Shown here: piece after piece, positions 11,075 to 21,032 of the stretch
Layout of the letters: each line of letters opens with the position of its first letter
Position numbering within the stretch: position 1 is the stretch's first letter
NCBI GenBank assembly: GCA_043289735.1
Contig: CP171343.1
Coordinates: 797,431 to 861,430 of the forward strand
Direction: 5' to 3'
DNA from: Acetilactobacillus jinshanensis
GTDB lineage: Bacteria; Bacillota; Bacilli; Lactobacillales; Lactobacillaceae
Length of the DNA: 64,000 nucleotides
Made by a program: the position numbers and the translations under genes
The notes under the pieces: generated by a model
What the model saw: only the letters and a program-made list of their open reading frames with translations
Told to the model about the DNA's origin: nothing
Databases searched by the model: none

Positions 11075-12426
11075 TTATTTCCCTTTCTGCTTAGGCTGAA
11101 TTCGATTTACCATGGCGTCCGCTTTGCCATCTCGAAAATTTAAAGTGACCGCATCTTTCGGTTTTAGATCTTTAACACCTTTGATCAGCCGTTTCTTTTT
11201 CGTTATTAAACTATATCCACGACTCATCGTCTTTAACGGACTTAAATGGTCTAGCGAACTGACTTCATTTTGAAAAATGGCCGCTTTTTATCCAGAATCT
11301 TTTGCATCGCTGATTTAAGCTGCTGGGTTACTAACTGAATTTTCTGATGATACCTAATGATGGCTTGTTGGGGTGAATGATAATTCAGCTGATAAATGTC
11401 ATTTTGTAAACGACGTTGATAATGAGTTAAGTATTTCTGAATCAGATTTCTTAAATTAGCCTTTAGAGTATCCACCTGCTGAATATAAGTCTCGTATAGC
11501 CGATCAGGTTGCCTAAAGACGTATGATTGCCGGACTTTCGTTAATCGTTGCTGCAGGAGTGCTAATTTGTCCCGAAACGCCGTTATAATTCGTTCCCGTA
11601 AATTAGCGATATTAGTAATCTCGTCGGTTAAAACCGGAGTCGCAAATTCAGCAGCAGCGGTCGGCGTGGCCGCACGCTGGTCAGCTACTAAATCGGCAAT
11701 CGTCGTATCGGTTTCGTGGCCGACCGAAGAAATCACGGGAACCCGACAATTATAAATGGCACGGGCAACGCTCTCTTCGTTAAACGGCCACAGATCTTCA
11801 ATCGATCCACCGCCACGGCCGATAATCAGCGTATCGAAATGACCGTCACGATCAACCCGATGAATCTGTTTCACCAAATTAGCGGCAGCGTTGTCACCTT
11901 GAACCACCGCCGGAAACAGAACGATCTGAACGATCGGGTAACGTCGACGGGTGGTAACGATAATATCACGGATCACCGCCCCCGATCGGGAAGTAATCAC
12001 CGCGATCCGCTTAGGAAAGTGAGGCAGCGGCTTTTTATGAGCCGGATTAAACAGGCCCTCTTTAGCCAGCTTCTTCTTTAACTGTTCATAAGCTTCGTAT
12101 AATGCACCGACCCCTTGCGGCTCCATATGATCAATATAAATTTGATAGCTGCCCTGGGGTTCGTAGACGGAAATCCGGCCGGATACTACGACTTTCATCC
12201 CTTCTTCAGGCCGAAATTTAACTTTTGAAAATTCGGATCGGAACATAACCGCATCAATCTTGGCATGATCGTCTTTTAAACTAAAATATTGATGAGAATG
12301 GGGACGATAACGATAATTTGAAATCTCTCCCATTAAATAAACTCGGCCTAAATACGGATCATAATCAAATTTACGTTTAATATACTGACTAAGAGCCGTT
12401 ACCGTTAAATACTTATGTTTAGTCAT
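11075..12426 (-). pseudogene. xseA: exodeoxyribonuclease VII large subunit, frameshift ~60 codons before the end
   Basis: The 391-aa ORF (OB-fold N-terminus, GRGGGSIEDLWPFNEE, SSVGHETD) stops at 11251. The conserved C-terminus LSPLKTMSRGYSLITKK...DGKADAMV continues in the next frame to a TAA at 11075. The junction lies in a T5-C-A4 tract. 1352 nt = 2 mod 3. Confidence 0.8.
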
Positions 12427-13287
12427 TACTAGGACTCCATTCAGTTAATTCAACAACTTGCTGCATTAAAGTCGCGACCGTTACCGGGCCGACACCGCCG
12501 GGAACGGGAGTAATCAAACCGGCCATTTTAGCGGCGCTTTTAAAATTAACGTCGCCCACTAATTTACCGTTTTGATTAACGTTTTCACCAACATCGATGA
12601 CGGTCGCCCCGGGTTTAATGTCTTTACCGTAGATCAAATTTACTTGACCGGTGGCGCTAATGATTACGTCAGCGTTTTTAGTATATTCATGAATCGGAGC
12701 CGCATAATGATTCAAGTCAGTCACCAATGCCCCCGCATTAATTAATAAACTGGTCATCGGACGACCGACAATTCGGCTACGACCGATTACAACCGCGCGG
12801 CGGCCTTTTAAAGGCACGTGATAGTAACGCAATATAGTCATAATGCCTTTCGGGGTACAACCAACGGGATAATGACTCAGACTGCCTTCAAATAATTTAC
12901 CTTCATTTAAGGGATTAACACCATCAACATCCTTATCTGGATTAATTGACGCATTTATTATCCGTTCATTAATATGATGAGGTAATGGCGACTGAACCAC
13001 GATTCCATTAACTTCCGAATCTGAATTACAACGCTGAATAATGCTTAATAATTTATCCTGACTGGTATGAGTAGGCAATAGCTTAACGATCGATTTTATA
13101 CCTAATCTACCAGCCTTTCGATGCTTTAAATTTAAATACATCCGACTGGCTGGATCGTTACCCACTAGAATTTCAACTAACGTCGGCACCACTCCTTTAT
13201 TACGGAGAAACGCCACCTTTTTTTTGACGTTTTGACAAATTTCTTAGCTATCTTTCGACCGTCAATACGACCATTGATAACTGACAA
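12419..13287 (-). pseudogene. folD: bifunctional methylenetetrahydrofolate dehydrogenase/cyclohydrolase FolD, frameshift in a T8 run
   Basis: The 265-aa ORF begins inside the conserved region (..PTLVEILVGNDPASRMY). The missing N-terminus (TTG-SVINGRIDGRKIAKKFVKTSKK) is one frame over, upstream of the homopolymer at 13218-13225. 869 nt = 2 mod 3. Confidence 0.8.
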
Positions 13288-13349
13288 AAATCAATCACGA
13301 CTCTCAATTAAACTAAATTAAGTTTATCATATTTAGATTCGGATATTAA

Positions 13350-13382
13350 AAAGCGGATTTATAATTATAAATCCGCTTTATA
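13350..13382 (-). terminator. intrinsic terminator after nusB
   Basis: Near-perfect palindrome AAAGCGGATTTATAATTATAAATCCGCTTT followed by a T-run on the minus strand. Confidence 0.5.
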
Positions 13383-13394
13383 CGATCGTATCTA

Positions 13395-13790
13395 TTAAAT
13401 TTTATTTCCTAAGACACCGTTAATAAAGCGCCGTGAACGATCATCACTATATTCTTTAGCTAATTGTAGCGCTTCGTTAACAGCAACTTTATTAGGAACC
13501 GACTTTACGTCATCAATTTCGTAAAACGCAATTCTTAAAATGATTAAATCAGTCTTAGCAATTCGGTCAAGTGTCCAATCAGAATTTAGATACTGACTAA
13601 TTTGACCATCCAGACCTTCTCGATGATTTTTAACGCCATCAACCAATTGAATCAAATATTCAGGATAGTTTTCATCCTTACTTTTAATCAACGCCTGAAA
13701 TAATTGAATAGGATCCGCTTTCGGGTTAGCGTTCATCGCAAATAACGTTTGGAACGCCACTTCACGGATCCGATGTCTAGTTAAATTCAC
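13395..13790 (-). CDS. nusB: transcription antitermination factor NusB
   Basis: 131-aa ORF, RHRIREVAFQTLFAM ... EALQLAKEYSDDRSRRFINGVL. Confidence 0.92.
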   Translation of the reverse strand: MNLTRHRIREVAFQTLFAMNANPKADPIQLFQALIKSKDENYPEYLIQLVDGVKNHREGLDGQISQYLNSDWTLDRIAKTDLIILRIAFYEIDDVKSVPNKVAVNEALQLAKEYSDDRSRRFINGVLGNKI

Positions 13791-14221
13791 TTTTGTTCAC
13801 CCTGATTATTCTTAAATAAATGGTTTGGATCAACATGAGAAGCTTTCTTTTTGGGTACAATTCCTTCAACATGAACATTAACCGTACCAACGTTTAATTC
13901 AGTCATAAAAAGCAACTGTTGCTTAACTTTATCCTGAATTTTTAGGGCAACTTTAGGAACTGAATAGCCATAATTAATATAAACGTAAATATCAACGATT
14001 AATTGATGACGCTTATTAAAAGCTAAACGAATTCCTTTGCCCCATTCTCGATGGCCAAATAATTCATTAACGCTCGTTGCTAAGGAACCGCGCATCCGGT
14101 TGACACCCTTAACTTGAACAGCAGCAATACTAGCAATAATCTCTAGCACCCTGGGAGCAATTTTAATATTACCCAATTTAGATCGACCTGATTTAAGGGT
14201 TATATTTACATTTTCAGTCAA
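13787..14221 (-). CDS. Asp23/Gls24-family alkaline shock protein (YqhY-like)
   Basis: 144-aa ORF; IAPRVLEIIASIAAVQVKGV and VNVHVEGI pattern; precedes nusB as yqhY does in Bacillus. Confidence 0.85.
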   Translation of the reverse strand: MTENVNITLKSGRSKLGNIKIAPRVLEIIASIAAVQVKGVNRMRGSLATSVNELFGHREWGKGIRLAFNKRHQLIVDIYVYINYGYSVPKVALKIQDKVKQQLLFMTELNVGTVNVHVEGIVPKKKASHVDPNHLFKNNQGEQK

Positions 14222-14258
14222 AGTATCACCTCATTATAAAGACGCGGTTATATAATCA

Positions 14259-14822
14259 TTAAGCTCTTGAAACGTAGGTACCGTCCTGAGTATTGATTAC
14301 TAATTTTTGACCGTTGGTAACGAAGAACGGAACCTGAACCACTAATCCAGTATTCATAGTAGCAGGCTTAGAGCCACCCGATGCGGTATTACCTTTAATC
14401 GTAGGCTGAGTCTGTTTAACGGTCAAGGTAACGGTATTCGGTAATTTAACACCTAGAATCGTACCGTTAAATTCAAATAAAGTAACCGGTAAATTAGGCT
14501 TTAAGTACTTTAAAGCCGACTTAATGTTAGCACCCGGTACGGTAACCTGTTCATAAGTCTTAGAATCCATGAAGACGTAACCGGCACTCCCTTTATATAA
14601 GTACTGCATCTTATGATCAGTAATGATTGCCTGCGGAACCTTTTCACCGGCACGGAAAGTTCTTTCGATTACCGACTGATCCTTCAGGTTCTTAATTCGG
14701 GTTCGAACAAAAGCACTGCCACGGCCTGGATTAACGTGAACCACTTTAATTAAGCGCCAAACGGCATTTTTAATGATGATGGTCATACCAGGTTTAAACG
14801 AATTAGAAGAAATTTTAGTCAT
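14259..14822 (-). CDS. efp: elongation factor P
   Basis: 187-aa ORF, KPGRGSAFVRTRIKNL, TIKGNTASGGSKPATM. Confidence 0.95.
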   Translation of the reverse strand: MTKISSNSFKPGMTIIIKNAVWRLIKVVHVNPGRGSAFVRTRIKNLKDQSVIERTFRAGEKVPQAIITDHKMQYLYKGSAGYVFMDSKTYEQVTVPGANIKSALKYLKPNLPVTLFEFNGTILGVKLPNTVTLTVKQTQPTIKGNTASGGSKPATMNTGLVVQVPFFVTNGQKLVINTQDGTYVSRA

Positions 14823-14844
14823 AATAAATTCATCTCTTTAAAAA

Positions 14845-14882
14845 TTAAAAATAAAAAGGGACTCCCATCATGGGTCCCTTTA
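14845..14882 (-). terminator. intrinsic terminator after the rplU-prp-rpmA operon
   Basis: Minus strand AGGGAC-loop-GTCCCT followed by TTTTTATTTTT. Confidence 0.5.
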
Positions 14883-14900
14883 ATATTAATTATTTCTAAT

Positions 14901-15197
14901 TTACTTTGCGGCTTCAGAAACGGGGTATACTGATACTTTCTTCTTACGGCGACCCATACGTTCGAATCGAACTACACCTTTAATAGTGGTGTATAAAGTA
15001 TCATCACCGCCGCGCTTAACGTTGAGGCCAGGATAGACCTTAGTACCACGCTGACGGTATAAGATTGATCCAGCCGTAACGGTAGAACCGTCAGCAGCTT
15101 TACAACCTAAACGACGACCAATCGAATCATGGGTGTTACCAGTAGAACCAGTACCTTTATGGGTTGAGAAGAACTGTAAATCCATTACTAATTTCAT
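14901..15197 (-). CDS. rpmA: 50S ribosomal protein L27 with N-terminal propeptide
   Basis: [10 protein letters not shown]|[11 protein letters not shown] matches the Firmicute Prp cleavage context (..LQFF|ASKKG); GGAGGTG RBS 6 nt upstream of 15197. Confidence 0.95.
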   Translation of the reverse strand: MKLVMDLQFFSTHKGTGSTGNTHDSIGRRLGCKAADGSTVTAGSILYRQRGTKVYPGLNVKRGGDDTLYTTIKGVVRFERMGRRKKKVSVYPVSEAAK

Positions 15198-15217
15198 GTT
15201 TTACACCTCCGTACATT

Positions 15218-15553
15218 TTAGCGAACTATATTTAATTTTATATAACGATGATATTGATCAGCAATCATTCTAATTCCTAATTCAAAGCTACGTAATAACG
15301 TTTGAACCTTTAAATTATGAATTTCATTACGAACTTGCGGAATTTTAACGATTAACAAGCCGCCCTTTACCGAATCCTGTTTAATTTGAGGCGTTACCTT
15401 TGCAAGATTCGACAAATTATTAACGGTCGTGATTGAAAGTACTGATACTGCAGCGCAAACGATATCATGGCCGTAATTAGCTGAATTAGCATGACCAATT
15501 AATTTGAAGCCGTTAATTAAATCATGGTGATAAATAATGGTGGCTTTAATCAT
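15218..15553 (-). CDS. prp: ribosomal-processing cysteine protease Prp (YsxB)
   Basis: 111-aa ORF between rplU and rpmA; GHANSANYGHDIVCAAVS catalytic His/Cys context. Confidence 0.85.
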   Translation of the reverse strand: MIKATIIYHHDLINGFKLIGHANSANYGHDIVCAAVSVLSITTVNNLSNLAKVTPQIKQDSVKGGLLIVKIPQVRNEIHNLKVQTLLRSFELGIRMIADQYHRYIKLNIVR

Positions 15554-15558
15554 AATAA

Positions 15559-15867
15559 TTAAGCTTTGATTGCACTGATCTTAACTGCTGTATACGGTTG
15601 ACGATGGCCTTTCTTAGAATGATGGCCCTTCTTTTCTTTATAACGGAAAAGCGTTACCTTCTTTTGGACGCCCTGCTTAACAACGGAGCCTTCAACCGAT
15701 GCGCCACTTACGGTTGGGGTACCGATCTTAACGGATTTACCGCCAACGAAAACGACGTTCTTAAAAGTAACCTTATCGCCTTTTTTAGCGTTAAGCTTTT
15801 CAACGTAAACGGTGTCACCTTTAGCAACCCGATACTGCTTACCGCCAGTTAAAATAACTGCGTACAT
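15559..15867 (-). CDS. rplU: 50S ribosomal protein L21
   Basis: [25 protein letters not shown]. Confidence 0.95.
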   Translation of the reverse strand: MYAVILTGGKQYRVAKGDTVYVEKLNAKKGDKVTFKNVVFVGGKSVKIGTPTVSGASVEGSVVKQGVQKKVTLFRYKEKKGHHSKKGHRQPYTAVKISAIKA

Positions 15868-15985
15868 TTAAGTGCACCTCCTTATTAATTTACTTAGACT
15901 CGCCGATTTAAGCGCCTATTAAATTAAATAGAACTTAAGCTTAAAATCGTGCGGTTGCAGCTGTGGGAAGTCCACAATTACAACA
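15868..15985 (-). promoter_or_regulatory. 5' leader of the rplU operon (candidate L21-leader RNA)
   Basis: ~120-nt untranslated leader between the predicted promoter and the rplU RBS, with GC-rich pairing segments (GTGGACTTCCCACAGCTGCAACCGCACG). Family membership not verified. Confidence 0.35.
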
Positions 15986-15990
15986 ATTTA

Positions 15991-16019
15991 AGTATACTCG
16001 AATCTTTATGAATTATCAA
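15991..16019 (-). promoter_or_regulatory. sigma-A type promoter for rplU-prp-rpmA
   Basis: Minus strand TTGATA - 17 nt - TATACT. Confidence 0.55.
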
Positions 16020-16068
16020 CCTAAAACTAAAAAGGGCATGAACAAAACTCATGTCTTTTATGGGTCAA

Positions 16069-16142
16069 TGTCGCAGGTGGGACTCGAACCCACGACCCAC
16101 GGTTTAGAAGACCGTTGCTCTATCCAGCTGAGCCACTGCGAC
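16069..16142 (-). tRNA. tRNA-Arg (anticodon UCU)
   Basis: 74-nt cloverleaf folded by hand: acceptor GTCGCAG/CTGCGAC, D arm GCTC..GAGC, anticodon arm ACGGT-CTTCTAA-ACCGT, T arm GTGGG-TTCGAGT-CCCAC, discriminator A; no encoded CCA. Confidence 0.9.
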
Positions 16143-16198
16143 ATACTCACAACAGTTGGTATTGTATTAAAATCGGTCTATAAAGTCAAGTTAGTCAG

Positions 16199-16708
16199 CT
16201 ATTTAAGCCTTTTCTGACCGTATTTCCGGTGGAAAGCTTGGGCAATTACTGATTGTGATAAACCCAGGTCACTCAAGCCTAATTTAAGGTAAAGTTTCCA
16301 GGAATACATTAAATCATTTAAATTATGATTAAAGTAACTATCATAAAGCATATTTTTAATCGCTAAATATAGCTGACTTAAATATTTAGTCTTCTTACGG
16401 GAGGCTAAATGATCTAATTCTTTATCCGAAATCCATACCACTTGGTTCCAATTCTTTAAATTAGCCACCAGAAAAAAGTGATCCAAGCCTTCGACGTATA
16501 AATCCAGAATTTGCTTCTTTAGCTTAGCGTCCTTCTTGGGAACCTGATTATAATACCAGCCGATTGAATCAGCTAATTTAGCCAACACGACGTCTAAAAT
16601 AACAAAGGCGTTCTTTAATCTAACCTGCGGTAAATACCTAAATCGACTGTGTAATTCCTTTTTCCGATGATATAAGACGGATTTCTTTAACATTTGAGTA
16701 AGGTTCAT
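16199..16708 (-). CDS. dimeric (all-alpha) dUTPase-like protein, acidic motif residues not conserved
   Basis: 169-aa ORF. The layout resembles the dUTPase_2 family (MNLxQM.., ..LYVEGLDHFFLVANLKNW.., C-terminal ..AFHRKYGQKR). The usual E-x-x-E-x-x-x-E helix reads VLAKLADS here. Recognition by eye only. Confidence 0.4.
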   Translation of the reverse strand: MNLTQMLKKSVLYHRKKELHSRFRYLPQVRLKNAFVILDVVLAKLADSIGWYYNQVPKKDAKLKKQILDLYVEGLDHFFLVANLKNWNQVVWISDKELDHLASRKKTKYLSQLYLAIKNMLYDSYFNHNLNDLMYSWKLYLKLGLSDLGLSQSVIAQAFHRKYGQKRLK

Positions 16709-16728
16709 TAGTCAGATGCTCCTTAGCG

Positions 16729-17624
16729 TTAATGTAACAATAATTGATCTAAATTATTTAGATACCATTTTCTTATAAAATCATACTTTAACAGAACGTC
16801 AAACCACGAATAATCTTGATTAGAATCTTTAATTTCTAGTCCCCACTGCTTAGCTGAATTAGGATAAATATTAATTACGATATCATTACTAAGTCGTAAT
16901 TGAGCACCGTTATGATGATAAGACTTTAGCATGTAGTGATGCTTTGCAGCAATAATAAATAACTTATCCATAACGTCAGTAGATAACTTTGGTTCATTAA
17001 ATTTATAAAAGCGATTATTATCAGCATTTAAGATATTAAAATCAACGTTAAAGTTATAGTCTTTCTCTAAGAACTTTGCAAACTAAAATAACGTATTAGC
17101 TAATTGCTTAATCTTATGAAGATCAATCTTATTATAAAAATCAACTACAAATAATTCGGTTAAAGCATGACTATTAAAACGTAAAATTTTACGGCCCAAA
17201 TTAATATAAAATAGATTCTCATGGCATTGAGTATCTTGATAATAGGCACCGCCTTCGCCCTGAGCTTGTAAATCTAAACTAAAGATGAAGTGATCACGAT
17301 CACCTAAAACCTTTGCTAACTGATAGAATTTCATTCGTTCATTTTTAAGGCCAATTCGATTACCTAGGCCATGGATAGCTAATAAACGATTCATAAAGAT
17401 TAAATAATAATCAAGTACTCCAAACTGCTGAGGGAACTGAACATATTTAGTATCTAATTGATATGACACTAGCTGTTTAGCTGCTTTTAATAATCTTAAG
17501 GATCTTGGGTCTTCACCAAACGATCAATTAATTTTGTAAATTTGATCCCGTTACTTAAGCCCTGCTTAAGTTATTAGTTGTAACGGACTAAAACGGGTCG
17601 ATCATTTTTATTCTTTTCAGTCAT
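16729..17624 (-). pseudogene. orphan gene (~298 codons) disrupted by tandem TAA-TAA, one frameshift and an in-frame TAG
   Basis: ATG 17622-17624 gives MTEKNKNDRPVLVRYN, then TAA TAA (17571-17576). The same frame continues LKQGLSNGIKFTKLIDRL. There is a frameshift into ORF 17083-17469. TAG at 17083-17085 is in frame with ORF 16729-16971, whose frame is open upstream as FAKFLEKDYNFNVDF... No family recognised. Confidence 0.5.
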
Positions 17625-17626
17625 GA

Positions 17627-18213
17627 TTAATTTTTACCTCCGGCTAATAAGTTAGACATGTAATTATAATATAGCTGCTTATTACTCTCGTTAAATTGGC
17701 TCAATTGGCCAAAGTACTTTTTAACACATTGCTTTTCATAATCAATAACGGTGTTTTCTTTAGAGAATTCTAATATTTTTTGTTTATTATCTTTAATTGA
17801 ATTCCACGGCATTTTAGCCTGAGATTCATTAGTTTTTAAATCTGATTCAAGTTCTGATTTTAAATTATCACGCTTATTTTGAGTAATTTATCATATTCAT
17901 TCTGATTAAAATTAAATTTAACGTTAATAACGTCTAAATTACCAAAAAGTTTATGGCCCCACCAATCACCAAAATAAACTTGATAATGACCGAGGTGATC
18001 TTCACGATAGTAGAAGAACGGATAATTTCGCTTTAAATATTTAATTAAATTATGGCTTAAATGATGACTTATTTCCGGTCGTAAATCTTTTACTAAAGAA
18101 ACGTAATTATTATGACCCTCATAACGTTTTTCTTTTATGACCTGATAATACTTAGTGGTATTTAATAGCTTATAAACCGATAAATCATCATGTTTTTCTA
18201 AAGCTTGACTCAT
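17627..18213 (-). pseudogene. orphan gene (~195 codons) split by one frameshift
   Basis: ORF 17860-18213 (117 aa) ends ..KISVII*. The frame of ORF 17627-17812 is open ~25 codons upstream of its Met (ITQNKRDNLKSELESDLKTNESQAK-MPWNS..). Its stop is 2 nt from the next gene's ATG (TAATCATG). No family recognised. Confidence 0.4.
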
Positions 18214-18241
18214 TTTTATTTCAGCTTCTCCTCGCTCGAAT

Positions 18242-19585
18242 TTAGTACTTAGTCAAGTAGTGCTTTAATTCCCAAGCAGATACCTGTAACCGGTACGAAT
18301 TAAATTCAAATGTCTTTGCAGTAATAAACGTATTAAATAATTTAGGGCCTAGTGCTCGTTTCATAACGGGGTCCTGCTTTAACGCCTTCAAGGCGTCCCG
18401 CAAATTATCGGGTAAATTATAGATATGATCTTCATGTCGCTCTCGAGCGTTCATCCGATAAATGTTTCGATCAGTACTCGGCGGCGGGACCATTTTATTC
18501 CGCAAGCCATCTAAACCCGCTTCCAAGACCGCAGCCAGCGCCATATACGGATTAGCGGTCGGGTCGGCGCTCCTTAATTCTAAGCGGGTCTGAACCCCTC
18601 TGGAGCTGGGAATTCTTACCAGCGGCGACCGGTTGCTGGGTGACCACGCGATGTAAACGGGAGCTTCGTATCCTGGCACCAAACGCTTATAAGAATTTAC
18701 GATCGGATCACCAATCGCGGTAAACCCACGAGCGTGCTTCAGAATCCCGCCTAAGAAATGATAAGCCACCTTTGATAAGCCTAATTTACCTTTAGGATCG
18801 TAAAAGACGTTTCGACTATGACCAAATAGAGACATGTTAATGTGCATCCCCGATCCGTTAATACCTTCAATCGGTTTTGGCATAAAGGTTGCGTATAAAT
18901 TATGCTTCTTAGCAACCGATTTAACAACTAATTTAAAAATCTGAATATTATCAGCAGTATTTAAAGCATCGGAATATTTAAAATCAATTTCATGTTGTCC
19001 GGGCGAAACTTCATGATGGGCCGCTTCAACGTTAAAGCCGATTTCTTCCAAAGCTAGAACCATATCCCGGCGACAGATCGCACCGGTATCCGCAGGTGCA
19101 AGGTCAAAATAACTAATTGAATCGTTAGGCGATAACGTCGGTTGACCCTCCTTATTTCGCTTAAATAGAAAGAATTCGGGCTCAGGTCCGATATTTAAGG
19201 ACGTAAAATGAGATTTTTTCATATCTTTTAGGACCCGCTTTAAATTATTACGGGGATCGCCCATATATGGTTTGCCGTCAACGGTATAAACATCACAGAT
19301 AATTCGGGCGATTCGGCCCCGATCCGAACTCCACGGAAAAATCATCCACGTTGAAAGATCGGGACGAAGATACATGTCGCTCTCTTCAATTCGAACGAAG
19401 CCTTCGATTGAAGAGCCGTCAAACATAATTTTATTATTTAGAACGTTCTCTAATTGACTGACCGGAACTTCAACGTCTTTTTCAGTCCCGAATAAATCGG
19501 TAAACATTAGCCGTAAAAAACTAACGTGATGTTCCTTCGCCATTTTTCGAATGTCGTTTTTAGTATAATTATGTCTGGTTGCCAT
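18242..19585 (-). CDS. glnA: glutamine synthetase type I
   Basis: 447-aa ORF; [29 protein letters not shown]. Confidence 0.97.
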   Translation of the reverse strand: MATRHNYTKNDIRKMAKEHHVSFLRLMFTDLFGTEKDVEVPVSQLENVLNNKIMFDGSSIEGFVRIEESDMYLRPDLSTWMIFPWSSDRGRIARIICDVYTVDGKPYMGDPRNNLKRVLKDMKKSHFTSLNIGPEPEFFLFKRNKEGQPTLSPNDSISYFDLAPADTGAICRRDMVLALEEIGFNVEAAHHEVSPGQHEIDFKYSDALNTADNIQIFKLVVKSVAKKHNLYATFMPKPIEGINGSGMHINMSLFGHSRNVFYDPKGKLGLSKVAYHFLGGILKHARGFTAIGDPIVNSYKRLVPGYEAPVYIAWSPSNRSPLVRIPSSRGVQTRLELRSADPTANPYMALAAVLEAGLDGLRNKMVPPPSTDRNIYRMNARERHEDHIYNLPDNLRDALKALKQDPVMKRALGPKLFNTFITAKTFEFNSYRLQVSAWELKHYLTKY

Positions 19586-19604
19586 TCGATAGATTCGCCT
19601 CCGT

Positions 19605-20525
19605 CTATTGGTTTAGCCACCGATCAATCTGATCAACCATCTTCCGATATTGCTGAGGATGCTGAATCAAATTATACCAATTAACTTTCATCTTATTTCG
19701 GAACCAGGTCAACTGATGTTTAGCGTAGTGCCTAGAATCACGTTTAATAAACACAATCGCCTCAGATAACGATCGTTCATGATCAAAATAAGGATATAAT
19801 TCATGATAGCCAATTCCCATTCCAGCAGGTAAAGCACTACCGCCACAATTATATAGCCACCGGGCTTCGTTCAAGAAGCCATTCTGAATCATTAAATCAA
19901 CTCGGTGATTAATTCGCTGATACAACAATTGTCGATTCGTATTTAAACCGATCACTAAGAAATCCAAGCCCTTTCGTGGAACTAACTTTTGATCCGAAAA
20001 GCGGTGATGCGTCGTTAGATAAACTTCTAAGGCCCTAATCACCCGCCGCTCATTTTGATACGGCGCTTTTTTAGCGTATTTTGGATCAACCTTTTTCAAC
20101 CGAGGCCATAATGCCTTTTTACCGTGTTGATCAGCATAGGCTTTTAATTTTCTTCGGGTCCCAAAGCCTCTAAATCGATCACCGCCTAAATTAAGGTTAT
20201 CTAACAGAGCTTGCAGATATAAGATTATGCCACCCACGATCATCGGTAAACGATGACGATGATGAATAATGTTGATCCACTTTAAAGCATCATGAACAAA
20301 ATTAGCGACCGAATAACGCTGATAAATATTTCGAATTCCAATTAAATGGTGGGGAATCCCCTGCCGATCTTTCGGCATTAACTTAGCGGTACCGATGTTT
20401 AAACTTTTATAAATCTGCATTGAATCTCCAGAAATAACTTCACCGTTATAACGATGAGCCAAACGTAAAGATAACTTAGTTTTACCAACGGCAGTGGGAC
20501 CCACGATCAATAAAACTTTCTTCAT
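19605..20525 (-). CDS. miaA: tRNA dimethylallyltransferase
   Basis: GPTAVGKT P-loop, [20 protein letters not shown]. Confidence 0.95.
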   Translation of the reverse strand: MKKVLLIVGPTAVGKTKLSLRLAHRYNGEVISGDSMQIYKSLNIGTAKLMPKDRQGIPHHLIGIRNIYQRYSVANFVHDALKWINIIHHRHRLPMIVGGIILYLQALLDNLNLGGDRFRGFGTRRKLKAYADQHGKKALWPRLKKVDPKYAKKAPYQNERRVIRALEVYLTTHHRFSDQKLVPRKGLDFLVIGLNTNRQLLYQRINHRVDLMIQNGFLNEARWLYNCGGSALPAGMGIGYHELYPYFDHERSLSEAIVFIKRDSRHYAKHQLTWFRNKMKVNWYNLIQHPQQYRKMVDQIDRWLNQ

Positions 20526-20576
20526 AATTAATTCTCCACTTATTAATCATGGGAAATAAAAAGAGATGTTTATATT

Positions 20577-20990
20577 TTAAACATCCCTCTTTTTAGTCTT
20601 ACCAGTCCAGTTTCGATAACCTTCTTTTAAAATATACAATTTTTGATAGCCTTTTTTATGTAGATAAAAAGCCGCCCGCGAACTTAAAGCGGTACTTTGA
20701 TCGTATAAAAAGACTGGCATATCTCGACGAATCCCGTTATAAAAAGTTCTAAACGTCGAAAACGGAATGTTACGAGCACCTAAAATATGACCGGCATTAA
20801 AAGCCTTTCGTTCCCGTAAATCAACAATCTGAGCTCGTCGTTTACCCTTAATAAATTGTTTTTGAGTTATGAATTTGGCAATTTTATGAATTCGGATATG
20901 ATTAATCAATAAATAACCAAACCAAATTAAGATTAAAACTAATAAAACAATCGTTAGGGCAAAATTAGTCGATACTAATAAATTTGGCAT
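20577..20990 (-). CDS. membrane-anchored rhodanese-like domain protein
   Basis: 137-aa ORF; N-terminal TM helix then the rhodanese fold (VDLRERKAFNAGHILGARNIP). The active-site position reads LYDQS (Asp where Cys is usual). Confidence 0.7.
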   Translation of the reverse strand: MPNLLVSTNFALTIVLLVLILIWFGYLLINHIRIHKIAKFITQKQFIKGKRRAQIVDLRERKAFNAGHILGARNIPFSTFRTFYNGIRRDMPVFLYDQSTALSSRAAFYLHKKGYQKLYILKEGYRNWTGKTKKRDV

Positions 20991-21032
20991 CTCTAAAAAC
21001 TTCCTTTTAGGCCCTTGATTATTTATTTTTCA

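Noticed and set aside
14901-15197. Extra N-terminal residues on L27, possibly a mis-start
   Set aside because: [10 protein letters not shown]|S matches the Firmicute propeptide removed by Prp, which is encoded immediately upstream. This is a known system.
15963-16217. 84-aa plus-strand ORF spanning the rplU promoter region and the tRNA
   Set aside because: It is antisense to a well-folded tRNA-Arg and to the promoter and leader, so it is spurious.
16069-18213. Idea that the AT-rich cluster is an island integrated at tRNA-Arg
   Set aside because: The cluster lies on the 5' side of the tRNA gene, whereas islands normally use the 3' end. I found no integrase and saw no direct repeat of the tRNA 3' end. 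I kept only the weaker statement that it is probably foreign and decaying.
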